From NCBI GenBank assembly GCA_963810385.1, contig CAWENA010000003.1, positions 70,646 to 134,645 of the forward strand: DNA of 64,000 nt, written 5' to 3'. This DNA is from an uncultured Chloroflexia bacterium (lineage in GTDB: Bacteria; Chloroflexota; Anaerolineae; Anaerolineales; Anaerolineaceae). Both the position numbers and the translations under genes were made by a program. Under the pieces are notes generated by a model. That model saw only the letters and a list, made by a program, of their open reading frames with translations, made no database searches and had not been told where the DNA came from. Positions 29,212-38,538 of this stretch are shown here, piece after piece. How positions within the stretch are numbered: the first letter of the stretch is position 1; each line of letters opens with the position of its first letter.

Positions 29212-30801
29212 ATGGTTGTAACCGATCACAGCTTACAGATCCCCACGAATAAGGAAGCAAAGCCGATCCGGAATTATTCCGGATCCTTCACCCCCCACTA
29301 TCTGGAAAAGGTGGGTGACGTCGTCGATTCCATCTTTGCGGATGATTTCGAGAGTGGCGATCTGAACCTGTGGACCTCAAGCGTTACTGATAGCGGCGAT
29401 CTTAGCGCCGAGCGGTATGCCTCTTACTGGGGTGATTACGGGCTTAGCGCCGAGATCAATGATACCAACCCAATATACGTCCAAGATGACGCACCAGCTT
29501 CAGATGCGATTTACCTGGCGCGTTTTTACCTTGACCCGAGCCGACTGACGGTCGGAACAGGCAGTGTGGTCACGCTCTTCAGTGGATTGGGTGGTGGCTC
29601 TGAGATTTTCCGCCTTCAACTTCAAAAGACAAGTACACTCTACCAGGTGCGAATCGGTATCAAAAATATCGGCGGATCGTGGACGGATGGCGCCTGGAAG
29701 GACATCAACACAGGTTGGACTGCTTTGGAAATGCAATGGGTTGCCGCAGATGATAACGGATATATGAGCCTGTGGGTGGATGGCAACGCCAGCGGGAGCG
29801 TCAGTCCGGTGGATAATGGCACCCTGCTACTGGATTCCGTTCGGTTGGGCGTGCTGAGCATCAGCGGAACGGGAACCGTGGGCACACTCTACTTTGATGA
29901 CTTTGAATCTCGCAGAAGAAGTAACATTGGTTTATTGCCCGAACCCGGGGTGGAAGAACCGGAACCCGTAGCCGAGCCGGGTTGGGATGCAGTGCAGTAC
30001 ACCTACGACACGCAACACCCGCATGCAGTCACAGCGCTCTCCAGTGGCGAAAGTTATACCTATGACGCAAACGGGAATATGACTCAACGGGTGGAAAACG
30101 GCATCACCTGGACCCAGACATATAATGCAGAGAACAGACTGGCTACCCTGAGCGATGCTTCTACTACCTGGGCATTCAGCTATGATGGAGATGGCAGCCG
30201 GGTGGCACAAGTGGTCACCAATGGCACCAACGTGGTCCAGACCAGATACTTTGCAGCAGGTGCGTATGAAGAAACCAACGATGGAACAGCCACGACGACC
30301 AAAAAATATTACTCGATTGCAGGACAAAACATAGCAATGGATGATGGCAGCGGAATGAAATATCTGCTGACCGATCATCTGGGCAGCATGGTGGGAGTGA
30401 CCGATACGACCGGTGATTTGATAAGCCAGCAGCGTTACCTGCCCTTTGGTGAAATTCGCCAGGATATTGGGAGCATTACCCAAACTGATTTTGGTTATAT
30501 ATCATCCCCGAGCGAAGCGAGCGGGACCGGGCAGCGCAATTTACCTGAAACGGGTTTGATGGATTACAAAGCAAGGATGTATTACCCCTCGCTTAAACAA
30601 TTCATCCAGCCGGATAGCATTGTGCCCGGAGCGGGAAATCCACAGAGCTGGAACAGGTATGCGTATGTGAAGAATAATCCGGTCGTGTACAATGATCCAA
30701 GCGGGCATAAACCTTGCGATAATGAATTTTGCCGAACCGATGAACAACTAAACAAAATATATTATTCTGGCATAATCAAGAAAAGGTGGGGTGGACAGTA
30801 A
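29212..30801 (+). CDS. Short RHS/YD-repeat protein with an N-terminal beta-sandwich-like region; ORF ends just after the RHS core boundary
   Basis: YD repeats (YTYDANGNM, TYNAENRL, FSYDGDGSR) and an RHS core end (YKARMYYPSLKQFIQPDS ... NRYAYVKNNPVVYNDPSGH). Two DDFES motifs bracket the N-terminal region. GGGAGG RBS. Confidence 0.8.
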   Translation: MVVTDHSLQIPTNKEAKPIRNYSGSFTPHYLEKVGDVVDSIFADDFESGDLNLWTSSVTDSGDLSAERYASYWGDYGLSAEINDTNPIYVQDDAPASDAIYLARFYLDPSRLTVGTGSVVTLFSGLGGGSEIFRLQLQKTSTLYQVRIGIKNIGGSWTDGAWKDINTGWTALEMQWVAADDNGYMSLWVDGNASGSVSPVDNGTLLLDSVRLGVLSISGTGTVGTLYFDDFESRRRSNIGLLPEPGVEEPEPVAEPGWDAVQYTYDTQHPHAVTALSSGESYTYDANGNMTQRVENGITWTQTYNAENRLATLSDASTTWAFSYDGDGSRVAQVVTNGTNVVQTRYFAAGAYEETNDGTATTTKKYYSIAGQNIAMDDGSGMKYLLTDHLGSMVGVTDTTGDLISQQRYLPFGEIRQDIGSITQTDFGYISSPSEASGTGQRNLPETGLMDYKARMYYPSLKQFIQPDSIVPGAGNPQSWNRYAYVKNNPVVYNDPSGHKPCDNEFCRTDEQLNKIYYSGIIKKRWGGQ

Positions 30802-31312
30802 GCCATTTTTCATCATCAAAAGCAATGGAATTGATTTATCAAACTGGCGATGATTTAGCACTTCACATAACTAATGTGACTAAAAGTTCAGGAGAGAAAT
30901 GGATTCAAAAGAACTTAGGAAATACTCGATTCCAATCAGGTGGTATGTTGCAACAAGCAATGACAACACTTAATGGTCGTCCAACCTCTGTTACTTTTGG
31001 AAATACTATGATTTCTTCCGGTTTTGAAAATGAGTATGAACCAAAACACCATATTTTGCATGAACTAGGACATGTATTGGATAATAATTATTCATCATCT
31101 CTCACTCCCGGAGAATTATCCGATCAATTTACAAAGTCATTTGGAGGAGAACCACAAGGACTTAATTTTTAACAAATTCTGTCTCTGATGAATACAAATA
31201 TCCTGAGAGTGATTATGCAAATCACTCAACAGCAGATTATTTTTCTGAAGCTCTCGCCGACACTGTTTATAATAATTTTGTCCCAAATATTAAGATGAAT
31301 GGTTGGATATAA
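30744..31312 (+). pseudogene. HExxH zinc-metallopeptidase toxin-like domain, split over two frames and out of frame with the RHS ORF
   Basis: Frame-0 piece (30744-31172) contains HELGH at 31059-31073. Frame-2 piece (31166-31312) reads DYANHSTADYFSEALADTVYNNF, a likely third-ligand Glu region. The shifts fall at TGGGGTGG (about 30787-30794) and AATTTTTAA (about 31164-31172). Confidence 0.6.
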
Positions 31313-31347
31313 TGCCATGTTTATATCCTTCCAATAAGGTGTGGAAA

Positions 31348-31957
31348 ATGGAAACTAAAATAAAAATTCTAATTATTACACTTATCATCTCAATAATAGC
31401 ATTGGGGTGTAGTGTAAAAATCCCTAAATATATATTAAATAATGAATGTACTTTCCCGTGTTGGCATGGAATTTATCCGAACAAAACGACCTTGGAAGAG
31501 TCGAAGCGAATTATTAGTGGATGGGATTTTGTCAAATCAATTTCAAAACCTGATTGTATGCCGGATGGAAGTCAAATAATTTTTATTATTTAAAATTCCA
31601 ATTCGCAGATTGAAGTGAAGTTTGAAAAATCTATTGTTGATTATATTTATATTGGGTTACCTAACCAAACAGTAAATCATTATATTGATGAATTTGGGGA
31701 TCCTAGTTTATTGGTTATGGAAGAAAAGGTTCGGTCTTGGTTATATTGGTGATGCGGTTGTAAGGCATGTTTATTTGGTGTATCCTGAAAAAGGCATAAT
31801 TATTTATGTTTATGCAACGAAGGATGATAAGGTAAATGGAGATTGTAATACTGTGGGATTGATAATCACAGATAAAGCTAACCTTAATCGTGTTGTTAGT
31901 ATTCTTGATGAAGGGAATGAGGTGTATTATGTACCCTGGTCTGATGACAAGAAATAG
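31348..31957 (+). pseudogene. Lipoprotein, immunity-like by position, interrupted by an in-frame TAA and one frameshift
   Basis: METKIKILIITLIISIIALGC signal with lipobox. TAA at 31591-31593 is followed by the same open frame to 31752. The frame then moves +1 at GAAGAAAAGG (about 31720-31729) into the ORF ending at 31957. Confidence 0.5.
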
Positions 31958-32046
31958 TAAGTGGTATCTTTGTTCGCGCCGGTGTTATCATCCTTGAAGC
32001 GTAGCGGAAAGGACCACACCGCGCGCGAGGGTTTCCCTCATCCCAA

Positions 32047-32195
32047 CCTTCTCCCAGGGGAGAAGGAGCACACCCTCTCCTGGAGAACATCGTGCCCGCA
32101 GGGTAGAGGTAGGCTTTACATGCTGGGCGGATCCGTTGGTAGAACGAGAAAGCCCTCTCCTCCAGGACATCGTGCCCGCAGGGTAGAGGGTAGGG
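32047..32195. repeat. GC-rich REP-like hairpin and an 80-bp-spaced direct repeat at the right edge of the AT-rich cassette
   Basis: CCTTCTCCC-AG-GGGAGAAGG hairpin at 32047-32068. CCCTCTCC..ACATCGTGCCCGCAGGGTAGAGG occurs twice (32073-32110 and 32153-32190). Confidence 0.7.
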
Positions 32196-32433
32196 TGAGG
32201 TAGTTTTGTGTTTCAGGATTACAAAGCCCACATGTATCCCAACCACCACTTCATTGAAGGAATTCTTCACTTCTGTATTCCAGAACCTAAATCACCCTGA
32301 AACCCCGTGTTCGCACCGGTCTGTGCGATATCATCCCTGGAGTGAAACAGAATGGGAAGCCTCCTTTAGGATCCCCGTAGCGCAGTGGAGTGGGACCCCA
32401 CGGTCTTGGCCGGCTTTGGCGAAACCCAACCTT

Positions 32434-32967
32434 CTATTTTCTCCCCCACGGAATCAGGAAGGGCGTAACTTTCATGTAAGCAAGATAAGGCTGCCCGAAG
32501 CGGGCTGCCAGTTCCTTCTCCTCGATGCACTTGATGTACAGGATCAGCAGCCCCGCGAAGATGGCCACAACGATCAGGGCCGCTGGGCTTCCAACAGCCA
32601 CCCCGATACCGGCATAGCCGCAGAACGTCCCGAAGGACATCGGGTTGCGGCAGTATCTGAATGGCCCGTGGATCAGCAGCTTTTGCGTTGGCAGCATCGG
32701 CAGGGGTGTACCGCTGGCTTCCACCACCTGCATGCCGATCGACCAGAACGCAAAGAACAGACCGCACAGGATCATCACACCACCGGCAGCCAGGTTGGGC
32801 AGTCCGTAAAAGAAGCCCGGCAGGTGGAGCAGGGCATTCAGCCTGGAGACCGGAACAACGAGCGTATAGGGAATGAGGATCGGGAAAATGAGCCCGGCGA
32901 AGAACAAAGCGATTATTCTCACACACAGGGGACTTTCTTTGTTGGACCAGCGCAGGAAGATATTCAT
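32434..32967 (-). CDS. Isoprenylcysteine carboxyl / phospholipid methyltransferase-family membrane protein
   Basis: LIHGPFRYCRNPMSFG and EEKELAARFG motifs; 4-5 TM segments. Confidence 0.75.
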   Translation of the reverse strand: MNIFLRWSNKESPLCVRIIALFFAGLIFPILIPYTLVVPVSRLNALLHLPGFFYGLPNLAAGGVMILCGLFFAFWSIGMQVVEASGTPLPMLPTQKLLIHGPFRYCRNPMSFGTFCGYAGIGVAVGSPAALIVVAIFAGLLILYIKCIEEKELAARFGQPYLAYMKVTPFLIPWGRK

Positions 32968-33183
32968 GGGTTTTTCCTACATGATTGGAATACAACCAAT
33001 ATGATTATAGCATTTTCGAGAGGATGGTTTTTAGGTCCGTTCGCGCTGGTGTTAGTAGTGAAATGGAACTTTTTTCAACAAACGCGCGTGCTATAATAAT
33101 TCTGGCGAACCCATCGTCACACATCAGCGGCTGTAACACACACTCCCAACGTCATTTGGATTGAAGATTCGCTTCCACTCGTT

Positions 33184-34368
33184 TTGCTGGAGGTAGATAT
33201 GTTCAAGCGATATTTTTGTTACCCAATAATTTTGGCAATCACCCTTGGTGCCTGTTCGCCTGTGAGTACCCCATCTGTCTCGCCGACACCACTTCCAACT
33301 GCTATCATCCCGGTTTATACACCCACGGGGAAAATTCCTCTTCCCACCGCAAGCCCAATTCCAGAAGAGATGATCTATGCCAGAGCAGGCAGGTATTTTG
33401 CGGGGAAGATGGCGGTTAAATATCCACATCCCTGGCTGCCGGGCAAGGACCTTAACCTGACCATCTTTTATCCGGCTGTCCGTCCGCCGGATTTCACAGG
33501 CACTGTGAAATGGGATGTTCAACCGGATCCCGCAGGGGCGCCTTACACAACCCTGCTGTGTTCGACGACGATGGCCAACGAATTTGCCCCAGTTATTGTT
33601 TCGCATGGATTCATTGTGGTGAGTGTTGACGGGCAGGGACCTTATGATGTCATGGATAGCAGGATCATCGACTACCCGCAGCAGATCCTGGCGGCGCTTG
33701 ATAATGTTGCAACGAAAGCACCGGTTGAACTGCAGGGTATGCTGCAAACGGAACGGGTGGGTGTAATGGGGTACTCATTCGACGGGTACAATTCGCTGGC
33801 ACTCAGCGGGGCCAGGTTCGACCCGCAGTACCACCGGGAGAGATGCGCTGATCTGGTTGCGCACTCGGAATCAATCTTGCCAGCCCCGGAGAATTGGTGG
33901 TTGGGGTACATGTGCCCGGATAATATTGATTACGTTAGAATCGCGGGGGATGCCGGTAAGCGGCTCTCGGTGGAAGCAGATGGACTCTGGCAGGCTATGA
34001 CGGATGATCGCATCAAGGCTGCGGCTCCAATGGCACCGGATGGTGCGCTTTGGTTTGGCGAACGCGGATTAAAGGAAGTAAAAATGCCCATCCTGCTTAT
34101 AGGTGGAACCATGGATAATACCACCCCATACGAAGTAGAATCCGTACCCATCTATGAGATGATCGGCAGCCGCGATAAAACCCTCATCTCATTTATTGGG
34201 CGAGGGCATATGATGATCTTTAACGCCGAAGAAAATGCTCAGATCACGCATTTTCTGGTTGCATTTTTCAAAAATCAGCTGGGAGGAAGCGAAGAGGATG
34301 CCCGTTACTACTCTAAAGAGTTTGTGAACAGTCAGCCCGGGTTATACTGGGGACCTTATACGGAGTAG
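33184..34368 (+). CDS. Lipoprotein alpha/beta hydrolase (PAF-acetylhydrolase / dienelactone-hydrolase-like)
   Basis: Signal peptide with LGAC lipobox. VGVMGYSFDGYNS nucleophile-elbow-like segment and C-terminal GRGHMM. Confidence 0.6.
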   Translation: MLEVDMFKRYFCYPIILAITLGACSPVSTPSVSPTPLPTAIIPVYTPTGKIPLPTASPIPEEMIYARAGRYFAGKMAVKYPHPWLPGKDLNLTIFYPAVRPPDFTGTVKWDVQPDPAGAPYTTLLCSTTMANEFAPVIVSHGFIVVSVDGQGPYDVMDSRIIDYPQQILAALDNVATKAPVELQGMLQTERVGVMGYSFDGYNSLALSGARFDPQYHRERCADLVAHSESILPAPENWWLGYMCPDNIDYVRIAGDAGKRLSVEADGLWQAMTDDRIKAAAPMAPDGALWFGERGLKEVKMPILLIGGTMDNTTPYEVESVPIYEMIGSRDKTLISFIGRGHMMIFNAEENAQITHFLVAFFKNQLGGSEEDARYYSKEFVNSQPGLYWGPYTE

Positions 34369-34660
34369 TGATACGCGACTAGATTCTAAGCTGATAGTCA
34401 GGGGGGAATAGAATTGTGATCGATTAATTGAGTATAAAATGGTTCCCCCGGTTTATTATGTGCCAGAGCGATCACCATTAGCCTATAACGTGATCGCAAG
34501 ATCTCTGTTCACACCTGGTTGCAATTTCCCGCGGCTGGTCTCTTTAAGGCGTTCGGGCACTTCCATCCCGGGAACTATTATCCCTCCCATTCGTCTTAAT
34601 TCTGGCACCATAACTGCATATTTATATCGGACAAAACCACTCTTATTAAATGTTATAATC

Positions 34661-36529
34661 ATGGATATGGACACTTACGCTTTTGCAAAACAACAAAAAC
34701 CGAAACAGGATGGCATCTCGATTCCTGCGGTATTATTGGGTCTGGCGGTAACTTTCCTGGTCGGGATCCTGCTGGTCTCCACCATATATATGCTGGGGTC
34801 TTCGAAACATATTTTGACAGGGGTAGCTGTGAACGGCATAGACCTTTCCGGCAAAACGGTTGATGAAGCCTCCGGTATTCTCACAAACCAAATGGCATAC
34901 TCGGCATCCGGCAAGATCATCCTGATGGATGGCGACAGATCATGGCTGGCCACACCGGCCGAACTGGGCTTGTTCATTGACGCCCGCACCTCTGCGCAGA
35001 AGGCACTTGAAACCGGCAGAACCCTCAACCCCCTGGCGAATTTGATCGAATCGGTCAGAGCCAGGTACATGGGGTACAACATCGCCCCGACCGTTTACTT
35101 TGATAAAAACACAGCGCAGCAATACCTGGTGAAGATCGCTGAAGAGATCGACCGACCGGTGGTGGAGGCTGGCATCAACATCAATGGCATAGAGGTGACC
35201 ACCAATCCAAGCCAGGCCGGGCGCACCCTGGATCTTGACGGCACATTGAAAGTGCTTACGGTGCAATTGCAAACCCTGCAGGATGGCGTGGTTCCCCTGA
35301 TCATCCGGGAGACCCAGCCGCAACTGGTGGATGCCGCCCCGTTGGCGGATGCCGCCCGCAGCATCCTGTCTGCGCCGCTATTGATCACTGTGCCGGATGC
35401 AAGCGGCAGCGATCCCGGTCCGTGGACCTTAGACCAGGCAACCCTGGCCAGGGTGATTGCCATCAAGCCGAACCCCGAAAACCCTTCTTACCCGTACAAG
35501 ATCGGGTTGGATGCAAACGCATTGCGAGGTTACCTGGAAGGGATCGCGCCCGAACTTGACCGTGCTCCTGCCAATGCCCGCTTCATCTTTAACGACGACA
35601 CACGGCAACTGGACATTCTCGAAAAATCCACAACAGGCCGCTCGATGGATTTGGAAGGAACGCTTGCAAATATCAACACCCGCCTGAGCGCTGGCGAACA
35701 CAACATCCCGCTGGTCGTCTATACAGCCGCCCCCCAGATCACCGATAGTTCCACCGGGCAGGATCTGGGCGTCACCGAACTGGTTCATGCGCAGACGTCA
35801 TACTTCTACGGCTCAAGCTCTGCCCGCATCCACAATATTCGCACCGCAGCAGCCAATTTCCATGGACTGCTGATCGCTCCCGGGGAAGTGTTTTCAATGG
35901 CAAGCGCCATGAAAGACATTACACTGGATAACGGTTACTCGGAGGCATTGATCATCTTCGGCAACCAGACCATCAAAGGGGTGGGTGGAGGCGTTTGCCA
36001 GGTGAGCACAACGCTCTTTCGGGCAGCCTTCTTCAGCGGATTCCCGATCGAAGAACGGTACGCGCATGCTTACCGGGTTGGATATTACGAACAAACCGCT
36101 TCAGGCGGATCGGACTCGAACCTGGCTGGTCTGGACGCGACCGTCTTTATTCCGGTTGTGGACTTGAAATTCACCAACGACACACCTTACTGGCTTTTGA
36201 TGGAAACCTACGTCTCAGACACATCCATCACCTGGAAGTTCTATTCAACCTCCGATGGCCGCTCGGTGGAATGGCATAACGGCGGACTGCAGAACGTTGT
36301 AGAAGCGCCAGAGCCTCTATACAAATTGAATTCCGAACTGGAAAAGAATCAGATCAAACAGGTGGATTGGTCGGCGGATGGCGCGGATATTCAGGTCAAT
36401 CGCACTGTTTACAAGGATGGCCAGATATACTTCCAGGATGCATACAACACCCATTATGCGGCTTGGCAGGCGGTATATGAATATGGCCCAGGCAGCAAAC
36501 TGCCCAAAAAAGCGCTGGTCGAGGACTAA
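34661..36529 (+). CDS. VanW-family protein with an N-terminal TM anchor and YoaR-like region
   Basis: GGGVCQVSTTLFRAAFFSGFPIEERYAHAYRVGYYE. The start is placed at MDMDTYAF, just before the TM helix; the longer ORF begins at 34439. Confidence 0.8.
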   Translation: MDMDTYAFAKQQKPKQDGISIPAVLLGLAVTFLVGILLVSTIYMLGSSKHILTGVAVNGIDLSGKTVDEASGILTNQMAYSASGKIILMDGDRSWLATPAELGLFIDARTSAQKALETGRTLNPLANLIESVRARYMGYNIAPTVYFDKNTAQQYLVKIAEEIDRPVVEAGININGIEVTTNPSQAGRTLDLDGTLKVLTVQLQTLQDGVVPLIIRETQPQLVDAAPLADAARSILSAPLLITVPDASGSDPGPWTLDQATLARVIAIKPNPENPSYPYKIGLDANALRGYLEGIAPELDRAPANARFIFNDDTRQLDILEKSTTGRSMDLEGTLANINTRLSAGEHNIPLVVYTAAPQITDSSTGQDLGVTELVHAQTSYFYGSSSARIHNIRTAAANFHGLLIAPGEVFSMASAMKDITLDNGYSEALIIFGNQTIKGVGGGVCQVSTTLFRAAFFSGFPIEERYAHAYRVGYYEQTASGGSDSNLAGLDATVFIPVVDLKFTNDTPYWLLMETYVSDTSITWKFYSTSDGRSVEWHNGGLQNVVEAPEPLYKLNSELEKNQIKQVDWSADGADIQVNRTVYKDGQIYFQDAYNTHYAAWQAVYEYGPGSKLPKKALVED

Positions 36530-36679
36530 CAGGATTTATGAAAGTTATTTATATGATCGTCGGGCGACAGAGAGATATCGGATCTTATAATATGGTTCAG
36601 ACAACATTTTTCAAACTCAGCCGGCGGCATTTTCTTTGTGGTATCATTAAATAAATGTTGATGGACCATTGGAGGTCGA

Positions 36680-36901
36680 ATGGTTAATGCTGATCTATTG
36701 GAAATTTTACGCTGCCCGGCTTGCGTTCGGGAAACTGAAGGATTATTAAAACTGGAACATGAGACTTGGTTGATATGCCAGGATTGCGGACGGAAGTATC
36801 CGATCAGCGATGATATTCCAGTTATGCTTATTGACGAAGGTGACAAGTGGAAAGATACAGCAGTGAAAGACCTGCCAGTGCCTCCACCCCCAATTTCATA
36901 A
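36680..36901 (+). CDS. Trm112/UPF0434-family small zinc-ribbon protein
   Basis: LLEILRCPAC ... CQDCGRKYPISDDIPVMLIDE. Confidence 0.8.
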   Translation: MVNADLLEILRCPACVRETEGLLKLEHETWLICQDCGRKYPISDDIPVMLIDEGDKWKDTAVKDLPVPPPPIS

Positions 36902-37014
36902 ATATTGAATATCCATTAATTAATAACAAAATTCGAGTCCTTGATTGGAACATCTCTTGCAACATTACAGAGAAGTTTCGTATCCTGGTCTGACATTTAT
37001 CTCTGGAAACTTTT

Positions 37015-38469
37015 ATGGCTAACACGCAAAACAGAAGATCAAAAAAACAAAAAAATAATTCAAGAATAATCATCCTGATCGGGCTGGGAGTGGTGGCAAT
37101 AGTGGCCGCCATCATGGCATTCGTTTTCATCCGCAACCTGGTCTCCAGTTGGACTCTGGGTACCCTGCCTGGCGAACCCAGCATAGATGAAAATGCTCTG
37201 CCAACCATGGCGGCAGGAGATAAGTTCTCGCAAGGCGGCGACTCATTGCAGCCATCCACAGGTCCTACCCCGCAGCCGTGGGATGGCTCCAGCCGGGTGA
37301 CAGTGCTGCTTATGGGTCTGGATTATGATGATACCGAAGCCAGAAAGCTTCCCAGAACCGACAGCATGATGCTTATTTCAATGGACCCGCAAACAAGGAC
37401 TGCCGGAATACTCTCCATTCCCCGCGATATGTGGGTCAATATCCCCGGATTTGATTATGCGAAAATTAACACCGCTTACTTCCTGGGTGAGTCCTATCAA
37501 ATGCCGGGTGGCGGTGCAGGGCTGGCTGTTCAAGCAGTTCAAGATTTTATTGGCGTTCCCATTAATTATTATGCACAGATCGATTTTGATGCTTTTGTAA
37601 GCTTTATCGATGAAATCGGTGGTGTGGATATCCAGGTTCCGAAAAAGATAAAAGTCAGTTTAATGGGAGGCTACACCGTCACCGCGGATAATGGAAAAAC
37701 ATTCACCCGTGAAGAAAAAGTGCTCAAGCCCGGATACCAGACACTTGACGGTGCGACCGCATTAGCCTATGCCCGTGCACGACATACCAGCGGCGGAGAT
37801 TACGATCGGGCGGGGAGACAGCAGCAGGTTGTCGATGCAGTGAGATCAAGAATTCTTGCTTACAATATGCTTCCCACATTAATTACAAAAGCTCCCAAAC
37901 TGTACGCAGAACTCTCCAAAGGCGTGAAGACGAATCTCTCGCTGAATCAAATGATCCAGTTGGCATTGTATGCAGCAAAGATCCCGGAAGCAAGCATCAA
38001 ACACGGGCTGATCACAGAAGATTCCGCATTTCAGGGTATGTCCCCGGATGGCCAATCCATCCTGATTCCCATTATGGATAAGATCAGAACCGTGCGGGAT
38101 GAAACATTCGCCACAGGCGGACCACTTGGACCATCCCTTGTATCATCAGATCCGACTGAACTGATGAAAGCCGAAGCTGCCCGGGTCTCCATACGCAATG
38201 GCTCATCAGTGGAAGGTTTGGCTGCCCTTTCTGCCCAATATTTTCAACAGCAGGGCGTCAATGTAGCCGAAGAGGGTACCGGTGATCCTTCCAGTTACTC
38301 GTACGTTATTGATATAACAGGTAAACCTTACACTCTGGCGTACTTTACGAGTGTTTTAGGTTTGTCCCCGGCGCAAATACGAAATGCGAGCTACGATCCG
38401 AACTCTCCAGTGGATGTGATCGTTGTGCTTGGACAGGATTGGGCAGGCAATAATCCAATTGGAAGGTAA
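37015..38469 (+). CDS. LytR-CpsA-Psr (LCP) family protein with a C-terminal LytR_C-like domain
   Basis: TM anchor, LLMGLDYDD, RTDSMMLISMDP, ALAYARARH. Confidence 0.85.
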   Translation: MANTQNRRSKKQKNNSRIIILIGLGVVAIVAAIMAFVFIRNLVSSWTLGTLPGEPSIDENALPTMAAGDKFSQGGDSLQPSTGPTPQPWDGSSRVTVLLMGLDYDDTEARKLPRTDSMMLISMDPQTRTAGILSIPRDMWVNIPGFDYAKINTAYFLGESYQMPGGGAGLAVQAVQDFIGVPINYYAQIDFDAFVSFIDEIGGVDIQVPKKIKVSLMGGYTVTADNGKTFTREEKVLKPGYQTLDGATALAYARARHTSGGDYDRAGRQQQVVDAVRSRILAYNMLPTLITKAPKLYAELSKGVKTNLSLNQMIQLALYAAKIPEASIKHGLITEDSAFQGMSPDGQSILIPIMDKIRTVRDETFATGGPLGPSLVSSDPTELMKAEAARVSIRNGSSVEGLAALSAQYFQQQGVNVAEEGTGDPSSYSYVIDITGKPYTLAYFTSVLGLSPAQIRNASYDPNSPVDVIVVLGQDWAGNNPIGR

Positions 38470-38485
38470 GTAATTTAATTATTAA

Positions 38486-38518
38486 TCAGACCCCATATTT
38501 AGGGGTCTGATTTTTTTT
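38486..38518 (+). terminator. Rho-independent terminator
   Basis: TCAGACCCC / GGGGTCTGA 9-bp stem with a 7-nt loop, followed by T8. Confidence 0.85.
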
Positions 38519-38538
38519 AAGAGTGTCCTGCCGGGTAG

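Noticed and set aside
32206-33096. 296-aa plus-strand ORF and 209-aa minus-strand ORF overlapping the ICMT-like gene
   Set aside because: Their composition is Arg/Pro/Gln-rich and motif-free. The 32434-32967 minus-strand frame gives a coherent membrane methyltransferase, so the others are treated as spurious.
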